Origin: Myxococcota bacterium
Lineage (GTDB): Bacteria; Myxococcota; UBA727; JAHDBA01
Length of the DNA: 64,000 nucleotides
Reading direction: 5' to 3'
Assembly: GCA_020627505.1 (NCBI GenBank)
Contig: JAHDGS010000002.1
Span: 4,213 to 68,212, forward strand
Part shown: piece by piece, positions 30,017 through 39,848 of the stretch
Position numbering within the stretch: the first letter of the stretch is position 1
Layout: each line of letters starts with the position of its first letter
The notes under the pieces: generated by a model
Seen by the model: only the letters and a program-made list of their open reading frames with translations
Told to the model about the DNA's origin: nothing
Databases searched by the model: none
Position numbers and translations under genes: made by a program

Positions 30017-31795
30017 TTATGTCGCCGCCGACTGGCCATCACCATATTGACGCTTAATATAAGCTTGCTGAATCATCGTCAGCGCCGAATTGGTAATCGA
30101 ATATATCGCCAAACCAGACGGCATCGAAAAGTATAAGACAACCATAAAAACCGGCATCCCCATCATAATGTATTTCATTTGTGGTTGATCTTGTGGTGTT
30201 GGTTGAAAAGCTGTTTGTGCAAACATCAATGCACCAACAATGAATGGTAAGAGTGGTAGACCGAGCAACGGCAACATATCAGGTTGGCTTAGATCAGTGA
30301 TCCATGAAACAAAAGGTTGTTGATAAAGCTCAACTGAGTTCCACAATGTTCTAAACAGCGCGAACCAAATCGGCATCTGTAGAAGCATCGGCAAACAGCC
30401 AGCAAGCGGGTTGATACCCTTCTCTTTGTAAAGTTCCATTTGTTTTTGACCAAGCATCGCACGATCGTGTGCATACTTCTTTTGCAGTTCTTTCAACGCC
30501 GGACCAACAACTTTCATCTGCTGCATCGAAACATAAGATTTCTGTGTCAGCGGGAATGTCACCACTTTGATGAGGACAGTCAGCACAATAATCGCCCAAC
30601 CAAAGTTACCCAACAAGCCATAGAGCCAAACAAGCACCCAGAGAATCGGTTTCGAAATAAACTCAAAGAATCCGAATTCAAGATTCTCTTCTAAACCAAC
30701 ATCGACCGCTTCTAATAGCTCCAACTGTTTCGGCCCTAGGAACGCTTTTGACGACAGCGTCTTATTGGCGCCAGGACTTAAGGCAAACTTTTTGTATTGC
30801 AAGCGATTATGCAGAACACCCGGGTCATCTTCTTTTTGCTCACCAAGGGAACCGGGAACATAACATGACTCCACATCACCCGCATTTGGCACAAGCGCTG
30901 CGATAAAATAGTGCCATGAAATTGCGCTGTATTTGATATGTCCATCAAGCTGGCCATGTTCTTCTTCGAGATCGTTACGGGTATAATGCGCACGCTCTTC
31001 TTCATTTTTACAAACAGATTGAAACTGTGCTGAACTCGCTGCAAACATGCCACCGCCACTCTCGATACCGGCGCCGGCTAGACCAATATCAAGGGCGACA
31101 TTTGTTGAACGAACGCCTCGATTTTCGATCGTGATGTCGTGGGCGAGTGTAAACTCGCCCGGGTGAAATGTATACGCACGACGAATAACGACCTGTTCAT
31201 TGGTCACATGTTCATAAATGATTGTCTGTTCCCCATCTGGTGCAACGTCATTTTTGACCAGTTGATATGTCGCATTTGGGCGAAGTGTAAAATCACTTTC
31301 ACCACGTGTTGAAAGTGACATCAAACCAACTTCGGCACCACCTTGATCGGATAATCCCAATGTAATTTTTCCATCCGCATCGACGCGAGAACCTTCTGGT
31401 GCATCGTAGCCATCCAAGACAAAGTCTTTAATGTATGCACCCTTGTTCGAGATTGTCGCAATATAGCCTCCTCGAACAGCTGCATCATCACGCGTCTCAG
31501 AAACGGGTATTTGTATTGATTTTGTTGATTCAGGTGTGTTGTCCTCAGTTGCCTGTTGTTCTTCGATGTTCCCGTTCGCGACGTTTGCATTCGTCGAATT
31601 CGCAACAGTTCCTTGCGTATTATTATTTTTAGCAACTGCCTCTGTTGATGCCACTTGATTTTCATTATCAACAGATGGATCTGCCGGTGGCATAAACATC
31701 GTTTGATAAAACATCATAAATATCGCCGCCATCATCACGGTGAGTCCAAAGCGGGTGTTATTTTGTCCTTGGGCAGGATCACTCATTTGGTGCAT
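30017..31795 (-). CDS. yidC: Membrane protein insertase YidC
   Basis: 592 aa: N-terminal TM helix, a large periplasmic domain, and a C-terminal 5-TM core with conserved YidC segments (ILWVLVWLYGL..., GCLPMLLQMPIWFALF, PSGLAIYSITNSALTMIQQ). Confidence 0.85.
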   Translation of the reverse strand: MHQMSDPAQGQNNTRFGLTVMMAAIFMMFYQTMFMPPADPSVDNENQVASTEAVAKNNNTQGTVANSTNANVANGNIEEQQATEDNTPESTKSIQIPVSETRDDAAVRGGYIATISNKGAYIKDFVLDGYDAPEGSRVDADGKITLGLSDQGGAEVGLMSLSTRGESDFTLRPNATYQLVKNDVAPDGEQTIIYEHVTNEQVVIRRAYTFHPGEFTLAHDITIENRGVRSTNVALDIGLAGAGIESGGGMFAASSAQFQSVCKNEEERAHYTRNDLEEEHGQLDGHIKYSAISWHYFIAALVPNAGDVESCYVPGSLGEQKEDDPGVLHNRLQYKKFALSPGANKTLSSKAFLGPKQLELLEAVDVGLEENLEFGFFEFISKPILWVLVWLYGLLGNFGWAIIVLTVLIKVVTFPLTQKSYVSMQQMKVVGPALKELQKKYAHDRAMLGQKQMELYKEKGINPLAGCLPMLLQMPIWFALFRTLWNSVELYQQPFVSWITDLSQPDMLPLLGLPLLPFIVGALMFAQTAFQPTPQDQPQMKYIMMGMPVFMVVLYFSMPSGLAIYSITNSALTMIQQAYIKRQYGDGQSAAT

Positions 31796-31936
31796 TTAAA
31801 ATCCTATTTCGAGTTACACGAAGTTTAGTCGCTTAAGCTTGGCTGACAAGGGGCAATTATAGAAGATATCAGCAATATGACAACGATGCCCCTTGAATAT
31901 TGTCATCGTAACACATATGAAAAATCAGGAGTTTAT

Positions 31937-32341
31937 ATGGGATCTCAACCAAGCAAAGATATTCAACGTTTTGATAACCCGAGCCCTGAGCGGGACTACG
32001 AAATCTATTTCGAGTGCCCAGAATTCACGTGTCACTGCCCGCTGACTGGGCAGCCTGATTTCGCGCATTTATATATCAAATATATTCCAGATCAATACTG
32101 CGTCGAGACAAAGAGCCTTAAACTGTATTTGTGGTCTTATCGAAATGAAGGCGCCTTTCATGAGAAGGTCACAAATACCATTTTAGAAGATTTGGTCGCG
32201 GCAATTGGGCCCCGAAAAATGACGATTAAAGCTGATTTCTTGGTTCGTGGTGGTATTCGAACGATCGTGACAGCCAAATATAAGAAAGGCAAAAGCAAAG
32301 AAATTCCGCTTCGTGAAGATGTTTCTGTGCGCCAAGGGTAG
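31937..32341 (+). CDS. queF: NADPH-dependent 7-cyano-7-deazaguanine reductase QueF (preQ0 reductase)
   Basis: ATG at 31937 after an AGGAG RBS. The type-I QueF motifs E(F/Y)xCPEFTCxCP...QPDFA and the catalytic Cys are present. Confidence 0.85.
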   Translation: MGSQPSKDIQRFDNPSPERDYEIYFECPEFTCHCPLTGQPDFAHLYIKYIPDQYCVETKSLKLYLWSYRNEGAFHEKVTNTILEDLVAAIGPRKMTIKADFLVRGGIRTIVTAKYKKGKSKEIPLREDVSVRQG

Positions 32342-32344
32342 TTT

Positions 32345-32737
32345 ATGGCGCGTCCATTCAATAAAAAACAAACAATCGCGGCAACTACCGTATTTATCAT
32401 TTATACATTGCTCACATATGGTCGCGGCTTTTTAGAAAAAAAGCAGAATGCGACCAATTCGACAAATAAAGCCAAAATGATCATCACCAAGCATGCGGCG
32501 TGTCGAATGGACTGTCGCCATATCGACCAATCCGAAGTCAACGAAGTATTGGCCTTTGGCCAGGAAAACAAAAGTAAATCGAATGCGAATGCGCGGCCTT
32601 GCCCAACGATTGTGAAGGAGTTTCGCAGCTCTCAAGATCAACAACTCATTCGAACAGTGGTCGCCAACTGCGCTGATAAGCGAAAATTGGTTACTGTTAT
32701 CGATCTTGAAAACGAGTATGATTGTCATTGTGAATAA
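32345..32737 (+). CDS. Hypothetical protein, possibly DUF4258-like
   Basis: The segment ITKHAACRMDCRHIDQSEVNEVL resembles the DUF4258 core. The match is weak. Confidence 0.3.
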   Translation: MARPFNKKQTIAATTVFIIYTLLTYGRGFLEKKQNATNSTNKAKMIITKHAACRMDCRHIDQSEVNEVLAFGQENKSKSNANARPCPTIVKEFRSSQDQQLIRTVVANCADKRKLVTVIDLENEYDCHCE

Positions 32738-32970
32738 ATAGAATCTTTTTCTCGATTCTAACATGCTGTTTTTATTGACTTATTTATTTTTTAGGCATTT
32801 TTTTTGCCCCATCTAAGTGAAACATCGGTCATTTGTCGTCTTCTATAGTATAGCGGGGGAAATCTCAGGGGGGATACTGGAAATCCAATGCTCGACTAGC
32901 ATACAAACTCAGTGACGTGACAAGCGCACTGAGTTTTTCTTTTGTGTCTGACTTTTGATAATATTTTGAA

Positions 32971-33609
32971 ATGAAGTCTATCTCTCATGATGAAGACCCA
33001 ATTATGTTGCCACTCCCAAGTTTGGAGATGCCAGAACTTCCACTTTTTGTGCGACAACAAGCTGAACAAATTGATGCGCAACAGGTATTTATCGCGAGTA
33101 TCCGCAATCCTATTTTTAAAACGCCGACTGCATTTGTTTCTGCTTATGTGCTGTTCATCACTTTAAGTATGCAAATTGTAACCATGTGGCCTTTTCTCAA
33201 TCAAGAATTGACGACGCTCAACATTAATGGTGTATCAACACCTTATACATTGAGTGAATATCTCCTTTCATATTTTTTCTGGCTCTTTCTTATACCGACA
33301 ATTATCGCTGGTTTTGTACTGACACAATCAATTAAAAATGCGCTTTGGCGGACAAGCTATTTCGCCTTAACAGGAAACCAAATTTGTATTTTCCGAAAAC
33401 GAAGACTACGTTTTCAAGATTTAGATACTCTTTCAAATATATTGGTTGGAGAAAATTGGATTGAAATATATCTGCGTCCTCAAATTCTTAAAATAACTGA
33501 CCTTGAAGATGTTCCGCTTCTACAGCAATACTTTCAGCGACTAAAGGAGCAAGCCATGCGAGAGAAGAAGAACAAGACACAAAGCTCACGAAGAAAACTT
33601 TCGCTTTAA
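32971..33609 (+). CDS. Membrane protein, function unknown
   Basis: Three hydrophobic helices and a Lys-rich C-terminus. Confidence 0.4.
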   Translation: MKSISHDEDPIMLPLPSLEMPELPLFVRQQAEQIDAQQVFIASIRNPIFKTPTAFVSAYVLFITLSMQIVTMWPFLNQELTTLNINGVSTPYTLSEYLLSYFFWLFLIPTIIAGFVLTQSIKNALWRTSYFALTGNQICIFRKRRLRFQDLDTLSNILVGENWIEIYLRPQILKITDLEDVPLLQQYFQRLKEQAMREKKNKTQSSRRKLSL

Positions 33610-33626
33610 CAGCATATTCATTACTT

Positions 33627-34466
33627 TTATTGACGCCGATTTCGACGGGCGTACAGCAACATTGAAATAGACAGTATGAACCAGTCAGCCGATACATCTG
33701 AAGTCGCACATCCACCTTCTGGATCTTCAAATACGACCGTCTCAACATCAGCTTGATTTAGGATTTCACCATTTAAACGAATCGCTGCAAACTGAACATC
33801 AAGGTCATCTCCTGGGTCACTAATTGTTAAACTAACTTCACTTACACTATCAGTGTTTGGGTAGGCTGCTGTTTCAGTTAATGAAGCTGAGAGCTCGTCA
33901 ATATGTTCAATTGGTTCTGCCTGAGGCTCATATGCAAAATATAGTTGAAATGACTCACGTTCGGTCGTCGTTGTGTAACGAACTTTAGCTGGTATTTTAT
34001 TGGCAGCCAAACATCCCAAAGTTCCTTCTGGGTTTTTAGAAGGGAGAAATTCTTCATAAGTAAAATTCGGTGGGCTCTCTTCTGGCAAGTTATCTACTTT
34101 CACTTCAAATCGTCCAATGATGAAAAAACTTATATCTTCATCTGTTAAAGATTTGTTCCCAGAAACAACAAAATATGTTTCTCCTACTTCTAAAGGCACG
34201 TCCGGTTGCAAGTATCCAAGTCCATCAAAATTGCCTTTTGTTGCAGCGATTTGAACAGAATCTTCAATTGGCTCTCGTAAATTAAATAGGCGACAGGTTT
34301 CACATCGACCCCCCTGAAAAAATACCAATGTATCGGTCGGTACATTTTTCGTGCTTTCATTTGGTATTGTTGTTGAGATGAAATCAAACGGTCTTTGGGG
34401 AATAACAATCGATGACAAATTAAACGCGGTTAGCACTAAAGCTAATAATAATAATATCTTTTTCAT
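33627..34466 (-). CDS. Secreted protein with a MYXO-CTERM-like C-terminal sorting signal
   Basis: Signal peptide MKKILLLLALVLTAFNL. The C-terminus GGCATSDVSADWFILSISMLLYARRNRRQ is GGC, then a TM helix, then an Arg cluster. Confidence 0.55.
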   Translation of the reverse strand: MKKILLLLALVLTAFNLSSIVIPQRPFDFISTTIPNESTKNVPTDTLVFFQGGRCETCRLFNLREPIEDSVQIAATKGNFDGLGYLQPDVPLEVGETYFVVSGNKSLTDEDISFFIIGRFEVKVDNLPEESPPNFTYEEFLPSKNPEGTLGCLAANKIPAKVRYTTTTERESFQLYFAYEPQAEPIEHIDELSASLTETAAYPNTDSVSEVSLTISDPGDDLDVQFAAIRLNGEILNQADVETVVFEDPEGGCATSDVSADWFILSISMLLYARRNRRQ

Positions 34467-34471
34467 AAATC

Positions 34472-35314
34472 CTACTTATTTTTATCAATCCAAGTCTTGA
34501 AATACTCTTGCACGAACGGGTGCTCGCATTTCAACATGTCTTCTTTGGTACCGCGTGCAATGATTTCGCCATAGTAAACGAAAATAATATTGTCAGCGAT
34601 ATTAAATGCCGAGGCGATATCATGACTAATGACGATCGATGTCACTTTGAGGGCCTTTTGGGCATCGAGAATCATTTGATCGACTTGATCGGTGGTAATC
34701 GGGTCTAGACCTGTGGTCGGTTCATCATAAAGAACGATTTGCGGATCAAGGGCGACGGCACGGGCCAAACCAACACGTTTACGTTGACCACCTGAAAGTT
34801 CTGATGGAAACTGACGCCCATGAATATCGGCATCAAGTGTAAACATATCAAAGAGTGAGCGCACTTTTTTATCGATATCTGCTTCCGACATGTCTTTGCG
34901 GTGTTCACGAAGTGGAAATGCGACGTTATCGTAATTACTCATCGAGTCGAAGAGTGCTGCATTTTGAAAAACCATACCGAACTTCGCACGAACACGCTTC
35001 AGCTCGGTTGGTCCCATTGTGGTAATTTCTTCACCATCAACTTTAATTGAGCCCTCATCAGGTTTGAGCAAACCGATGATGTGTTTCATCAATACGGATT
35101 TACCCATTCCTGAACCGCCAAGCACAACCAACGTCTCACCACGTTGAACATTGACGGACATACCCTTTAGGATTTGTGGTCCATTGCCAAACGTTTTTTT
35201 GATGTTGTCGACTTCGATCATATAGTCATTGGTCGAAGCACCTTCTTTAGAAGGCCCTTCTTCTGACATCTGGGGCACCATAGAATGTAGCTGTTCTTCA
35301 AACATGGACATCAT
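34472..35314 (-). CDS. mlaF: ABC transporter ATP-binding protein MlaF
   Basis: Walker A GGSGMGKS, signature LSGGQRKRV, Walker B VLYDEPTTGLD. Immediately downstream of the MlaE permease. Confidence 0.75.
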   Translation of the reverse strand: MMSMFEEQLHSMVPQMSEEGPSKEGASTNDYMIEVDNIKKTFGNGPQILKGMSVNVQRGETLVVLGGSGMGKSVLMKHIIGLLKPDEGSIKVDGEEITTMGPTELKRVRAKFGMVFQNAALFDSMSNYDNVAFPLREHRKDMSEADIDKKVRSLFDMFTLDADIHGRQFPSELSGGQRKRVGLARAVALDPQIVLYDEPTTGLDPITTDQVDQMILDAQKALKVTSIVISHDIASAFNIADNIIFVYYGEIIARGTKEDMLKCEHPFVQEYFKTWIDKNK

Positions 35315-36216
35315 TAACCCGGCAAAGCGTTGAAACCATTACTGTGGAGGAATGGTTGTAGAAGTTCAGTAATAAAATACGATGCAATGAACACAGCAAC
35401 CGATGAAAAAACAACAGCATCTGTTGCGGCTTGCCCCACACCACGCGCGCCACCGCGGGCAAAAAAGCCTCTGAAACAACTAAATGTTGAAATCAAGAAA
35501 CCGAAAAACACAGCTTTGATATACCCCTCGATGAAATCAGGCGGGTCTGTCATGCCAAATGATTGTTCAAAGAAAATACCAGGGTCTGTTCCGCTACGAA
35601 TCACAACGATAAAATATGCACCGAGAAAACCCATTCCCGTAAAAATCGACACCAAGACAGGCATCATCACCATTGACGCAATCGTTCTTGGGACAACCAA
35701 ATATTGAATTGGATTCACGGCAAGTGAATCAAGTGCATCAATTTGTTCTGTCACGCGCATGGTACCAAGTTCGGTCGCCATGCCTGAGCCAGAGCGCCCC
35801 GACACCATCAGGCCAGTAAAAACAGGGCCAAGTTCACGGGCCAAAGCGATCAGTGTCGCCGGACCAACCAATGATTCAGCGCTAAAACGCGCAAAAGCGA
35901 CCAAGCTTTGTAGGCCAATAACGAGCCCGGTAAATAGACCTGTTAAGACCACAATAAACAGAGCACCATAACCAATGTCTGCAAGTTGATTTAGTAACAG
36001 GCGAAAACGGAATGGGCCTTTGAACGTCCAATAGAAGACTTGGCGCAAAAACAAGATGTACTCACCAAGTCCTTCGATGAATGATAGCACGGGCTGCCCG
36101 AGCGCTTCGATCAAGCGGACAAATGGCGAGACGGACTTATCAGACATATGCCTGTATTGACTGCATTGAGTCAAAAACACAAGGGGTTGATAGACGATTC
36201 TGTCCATCAACCCCAC
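35314..36216 (-). CDS. mlaE: ABC transporter permease MlaE
   Basis: About 5 TM segments. Conserved MlaE-family segments are present (QIDALDSLAVNPIQYLVVPR, TGMGFLGAYFI). Confidence 0.7.
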   Translation of the reverse strand: MGLMDRIVYQPLVFLTQCSQYRHMSDKSVSPFVRLIEALGQPVLSFIEGLGEYILFLRQVFYWTFKGPFRFRLLLNQLADIGYGALFIVVLTGLFTGLVIGLQSLVAFARFSAESLVGPATLIALARELGPVFTGLMVSGRSGSGMATELGTMRVTEQIDALDSLAVNPIQYLVVPRTIASMVMMPVLVSIFTGMGFLGAYFIVVIRSGTDPGIFFEQSFGMTDPPDFIEGYIKAVFFGFLISTFSCFRGFFARGGARGVGQAATDAVVFSSVAVFIASYFITELLQPFLHSNGFNALPG

Positions 36217-36251
36217 TCATCAATCAAACTAGAATCTGTGAGCTGTCAATA

Positions 36252-36686
36252 TTATGCATTATCAATGCAATATTCTCCAGAACCGTTACTAACCTCTTCA
36301 CAATCCCAAAAAGTTGGGCAATCTGAAAATGAGTCACAAGGTTTAGTACAGTAACCAACAACTGATTCATCTAGGTCATCAAATAAACACAGTGAGGCCT
36401 CGCAATCATCTGATGAACGACAAGGCTCGCCAGTATCATCGGTACTATTATTTTGGTCATCGCCTTCATCTTCACTCGAGCCGTTTTGAGTCGATTCGCT
36501 GTCAGAACCATTATCTGTGTTATCAACGTTATCATTATCATCGGTTCCTGAGTTGGATGAAGAATCATCATCGTTTTCTGTTGTTTCATTATCATCAGAA
36601 GTCGCTGATTCCTCAGAATCACATGCCATAAAGCATGCAACTCCACATAGAAATAGGCATAGCCTACATATATTCATTGTTCTCAT
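36252..36686 (-). CDS. Small secreted acidic lipoprotein with a C-terminal Cys-rich module
   Basis: Lipobox FMAC, a long Asp/Ser/Asn-rich region, then C-x-SDDC-x-LC...GYCTKPC-x-DCPTFWDCEE, similar to the C-terminal module of the 10314-10955 protein. Confidence 0.55.
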   Translation of the reverse strand: MRTMNICRLCLFLCGVACFMACDSEESATSDDNETTENDDDSSSNSGTDDNDNVDNTDNGSDSESTQNGSSEDEGDDQNNSTDDTGEPCRSSDDCEASLCLFDDLDESVVGYCTKPCDSFSDCPTFWDCEEVSNGSGEYCIDNA

Positions 36687-36827
36687 ATATTCTCCTCGGG
36701 TTGATTCCCACTCATAGGTTTCATGAGCCGGTTTTATTCGTCACAAGAGTTAAAATTCGTAGCGTATTATTAGTCGATCCCGAGTGGCACTGTGTTGTTT
36801 ACCGCTGACTTATGTTAAGTCTTATCT

Positions 36828-37592
36828 ATGCGCTCAGTCCAGTTGAACATTGCGTCCAAGCCGCCACCAGAAAGTGTCGATGAATTGATGCAGCGTGCAG
36901 CACATATGATGGGTCAAACGTTTGGTACGCTTTGCCAGCAGCACGGTTATACGCAAGATGTTTTCGCCAAAAGACACAAAGGTGGTGCCGGAGAGCTCAT
37001 CGAGCGTGTACTCGGTGCAGATGCACGGAACCATGATGGCCCTGACCTGATGCATCTTGGTATTGAAATTAAAACACTACCACTCGACGAACGTGGTCGT
37101 GTGGCGGAGTCAACATATGTTTGTCGCTGTCAACTTGATCAATTAGCGCAGGCTCAATATGAGCAGAGTCGTCTATATGCAAAAACACGACAGATTTTGT
37201 TTGTATGTATCGATGGTGCCAAAGTCGCGCCATTTGCAGAGCGAACGGTTGGCTTATCTTTTCTCTGGTCACCGACACCCGCTATCGATCCTGTTTTCCG
37301 GGCTGATTGGACAGATGCCACCGATTTAATTGCCTCAGGATTTCGCGATGGACTCGATGCACGACGCGGTCAGATTATTCAGGTGCGTCCCAAAGGTCGA
37401 AATCAGCATGACACCATGCTGCTCGCTCAAGCCGGAGAGCAGCACGCAATTAAAACCTGTGGTTTTTATATCAGGCAACGTTTTACCAACTTACTCATCG
37501 ACAGCCTCGCAGCTGGCGATACAAATCAACAACAACAATATGGAGTGACCCATGTATCAACCCATTTCGGATATTCCGAAGTCCGTTTTTGA
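36828..37592 (+). CDS. mutH: DNA mismatch repair endonuclease MutH
   Basis: Collinear with E. coli MutH: GELIERVLGA, catalytic DLMHLGIEIKT (D-x(n)-E-x-K), ERTVGLSFLWSP and IIQVRPKGRN. Confidence 0.8.
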   Translation: MRSVQLNIASKPPPESVDELMQRAAHMMGQTFGTLCQQHGYTQDVFAKRHKGGAGELIERVLGADARNHDGPDLMHLGIEIKTLPLDERGRVAESTYVCRCQLDQLAQAQYEQSRLYAKTRQILFVCIDGAKVAPFAERTVGLSFLWSPTPAIDPVFRADWTDATDLIASGFRDGLDARRGQIIQVRPKGRNQHDTMLLAQAGEQHAIKTCGFYIRQRFTNLLIDSLAAGDTNQQQQYGVTHVSTHFGYSEVRF

Positions 37593-38412
37593 AAACTGCC
37601 GCCTCCTCGCCTTTGATGTCGATGGTACGGTCACTCGGGATCATCAATTTGACGCGAATTTTATTCGTACATGCCAACAACTTCAACAAGCGGGCGTTCA
37701 ATTGGTCGCAGTCACTGGCAGATCACTTGCGTTTGGCCGTATCTTGGTCGATTTTTTCGGATTAGATGCCGCGATTGCAGAGGGCGGCTCGGTCTGTATG
37801 TACCGTCTCAAGCAGCTCGATGAACATCAATCTACTGAAGGTACGATCTATTTCGAAGATGAAAGCTCTCGGCGCCAGGCAGCGGAAGCGCGACTCGAAA
37901 ACACAATCAAAGAACTCAAAGGTCAATTTAGTGATTTGGAAGATGCAGAAGATCAAACTGGACGAAAATATGACCGCGCTTTTCAATTAAATACGCTCAA
38001 CGCACCTCAACTCGAGCGAGCAGACGACATCATAGAAGTGGCCCAAAAACATGGCATTTCAGCAAGTCGGAGTAATGTCCATATCAATATGTGGGTCGGC
38101 TCATTTCATAAGCAATTTATGTTTAAAAAAATGATTGAGCGGCTCTATCCTGCGTTTGGTTTTGATACTGCTGAAGCAGCATATTCAGCCTATCTATATA
38201 TTGGTGATTCTTTGAATGATGCACCGATGTTCCAAGCCTGCCCTTACTCCATTGGTGTTGCCCAAGTCACTCGGGTTGAAGACCAGTTAAAGCAGATAAA
38301 CGCATTGCCTAAATACATCACACAACAAACCGAGGTTGATGGATTCTATGAACTCACGACGTATATCTTGGATACCAAGTTTAAAGAGCCAAAGTCAGGC
38401 CATCATCACTAA
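37552..38412 (+). CDS. HAD-IIB (Cof-type) family hydrolase
   Basis: Motif I FDVDGT, motif II near VTGR, and motif IV GDSLNDAPM near the C-terminus. Confidence 0.6.
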   Translation: MYQPISDIPKSVFENCRLLAFDVDGTVTRDHQFDANFIRTCQQLQQAGVQLVAVTGRSLAFGRILVDFFGLDAAIAEGGSVCMYRLKQLDEHQSTEGTIYFEDESSRRQAAEARLENTIKELKGQFSDLEDAEDQTGRKYDRAFQLNTLNAPQLERADDIIEVAQKHGISASRSNVHINMWVGSFHKQFMFKKMIERLYPAFGFDTAEAAYSAYLYIGDSLNDAPMFQACPYSIGVAQVTRVEDQLKQINALPKYITQQTEVDGFYELTTYILDTKFKEPKSGHHH

Positions 38413-38486
38413 ATGACCTGCCATTTAGTGAATATAAATACTTCTACAGCTATCATTTCTTTGGCGACTTATGTTAATGATGTTAA

Positions 38487-39848
38487 ATGGAATTTGTGGA
38501 TGTACAATTCACCGAGTCGGCCTCGCGAGGACCTGACACAATTAAGTTAAGCTGCGATGTGACAGTTGGGCGCCCCCATGTTGACTTTACATACATGCGA
38601 CTGCTCAAAGATGATTCCATTGTCGTGATCGACCCTGAAGATATTTACCCAGAACGTTCACATGTTGGTTCTGAAGAATTTCAAAAAGCACTGGCTTCGA
38701 TCGATCGGGCTGACGCACTTTGGATCGACGAAGCAACAAACCCAAGCGCCTGGAATCGACTCAGCTTATCTGAACAAATTTCAGCTGCGAAATATTTAAG
38801 ATGGATGGGATATAATCCGATATGGCTTGATGCCCAAGCCATCAATGGTGATCTTTCTGAAGACGCTTTACATATCGCTTTTCAACAAACAATCGAGGCG
38901 ATGCAATCGGGTGATTTATTAGCGACATCGAAAGCCTTAAAGGAATTCGATGCATTTGCAGAACCGGATTCATTTGAGCAACTTTTGTTTAGAGCTCACG
39001 AAGCCCTTTTACATCAAAAACGTCATATTGCGATCGACGCGTTCACTCAGATTGCCCAATCTGATTTAAACCATGTTCATTCACGTCTTTGGCTTGGTCG
39101 CTTGGCATTTGAGGTCAATGATATTGCCCGTGCTGGCACATTATTTGAAATGGCGAGCACGATTGCGCCACATGACTTCCAGCCTGTTTATGCATTTACG
39201 GAGCTCATGGTACAAGGGCAACAACCTGTTGAGGCCATTAATAAGTTGTCAGATTATATCGAACGTTTTCCAGAGCATCGGAATGCGCATATTCGACGCA
39301 TTACGATTGCGTTAGAGCTGAATGCGCTCGATTTGGCTGAGGCCTATATTGAAGAAATGCGCATGCGATTACCTGGAGATCAAAGCATACCGATCTTTTT
39401 GTTACAGCGTTCCGTCTTGGCACGTGATTTTAAGTTGACCGAAGAGTTACTTGAAAAAATCAAACCAGACGATCTCGAGGACTCCGCTCTCAAAATTTAC
39501 TTACATGTATCTGCCCAACTTGAGGCCAATCGTAATGGTTTAAACGACGTTGCTTTACGATATTTTGTCGATGCTTATAAGATCTTACCCGGCGATACCA
39601 ATTTCGGGATAGGGCTTGTTGAAGCATTACTCAATCTCGGGCGAGACGATATGCTCGAAGAGGTCATCGACGATATGAGAGGTGTGAATGTGCCTATCAA
39701 TGAAGATCTCCATTTAGCGGCTCTACTTAAACGACATCAAAAAGAAGAATTTTATCAAGAGCGAAAAGCCATCATCGTCGCAACTGCGGCTGACACAGAA
39801 ATCGAATCCGATGTCGATGATGCACTTGCACAAATAGAAACTCACTAA
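38487..39848 (+). CDS. TPR-repeat protein, function unknown
   Basis: Repeated about 34-aa helical units with the W-LG-Y / A---F-A pattern in the C-terminal two thirds. Confidence 0.45.
   Translation: MEFVDVQFTESASRGPDTIKLSCDVTVGRPHVDFTYMRLLKDDSIVVIDPEDIYPERSHVGSEEFQKALASIDRADALWIDEATNPSAWNRLSLSEQISAAKYLRWMGYNPIWLDAQAINGDLSEDALHIAFQQTIEAMQSGDLLATSKALKEFDAFAEPDSFEQLLFRAHEALLHQKRHIAIDAFTQIAQSDLNHVHSRLWLGRLAFEVNDIARAGTLFEMASTIAPHDFQPVYAFTELMVQGQQPVEAINKLSDYIERFPEHRNAHIRRITIALELNALDLAEAYIEEMRMRLPGDQSIPIFLLQRSVLARDFKLTEELLEKIKPDDLEDSALKIYLHVSAQLEANRNGLNDVALRYFVDAYKILPGDTNFGIGLVEALLNLGRDDMLEEVIDDMRGVNVPINEDLHLAALLKRHQKEEFYQERKAIIVATAADTEIESDVDDALAQIETH

Noticed and set aside
31796-31936. A possible preQ1 riboswitch in the divergent gap upstream of queF.
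   Set aside because: I see no recognisable preQ1-I/II consensus hairpin or pseudoknot elements. queF is not a usual preQ1-riboswitch target.
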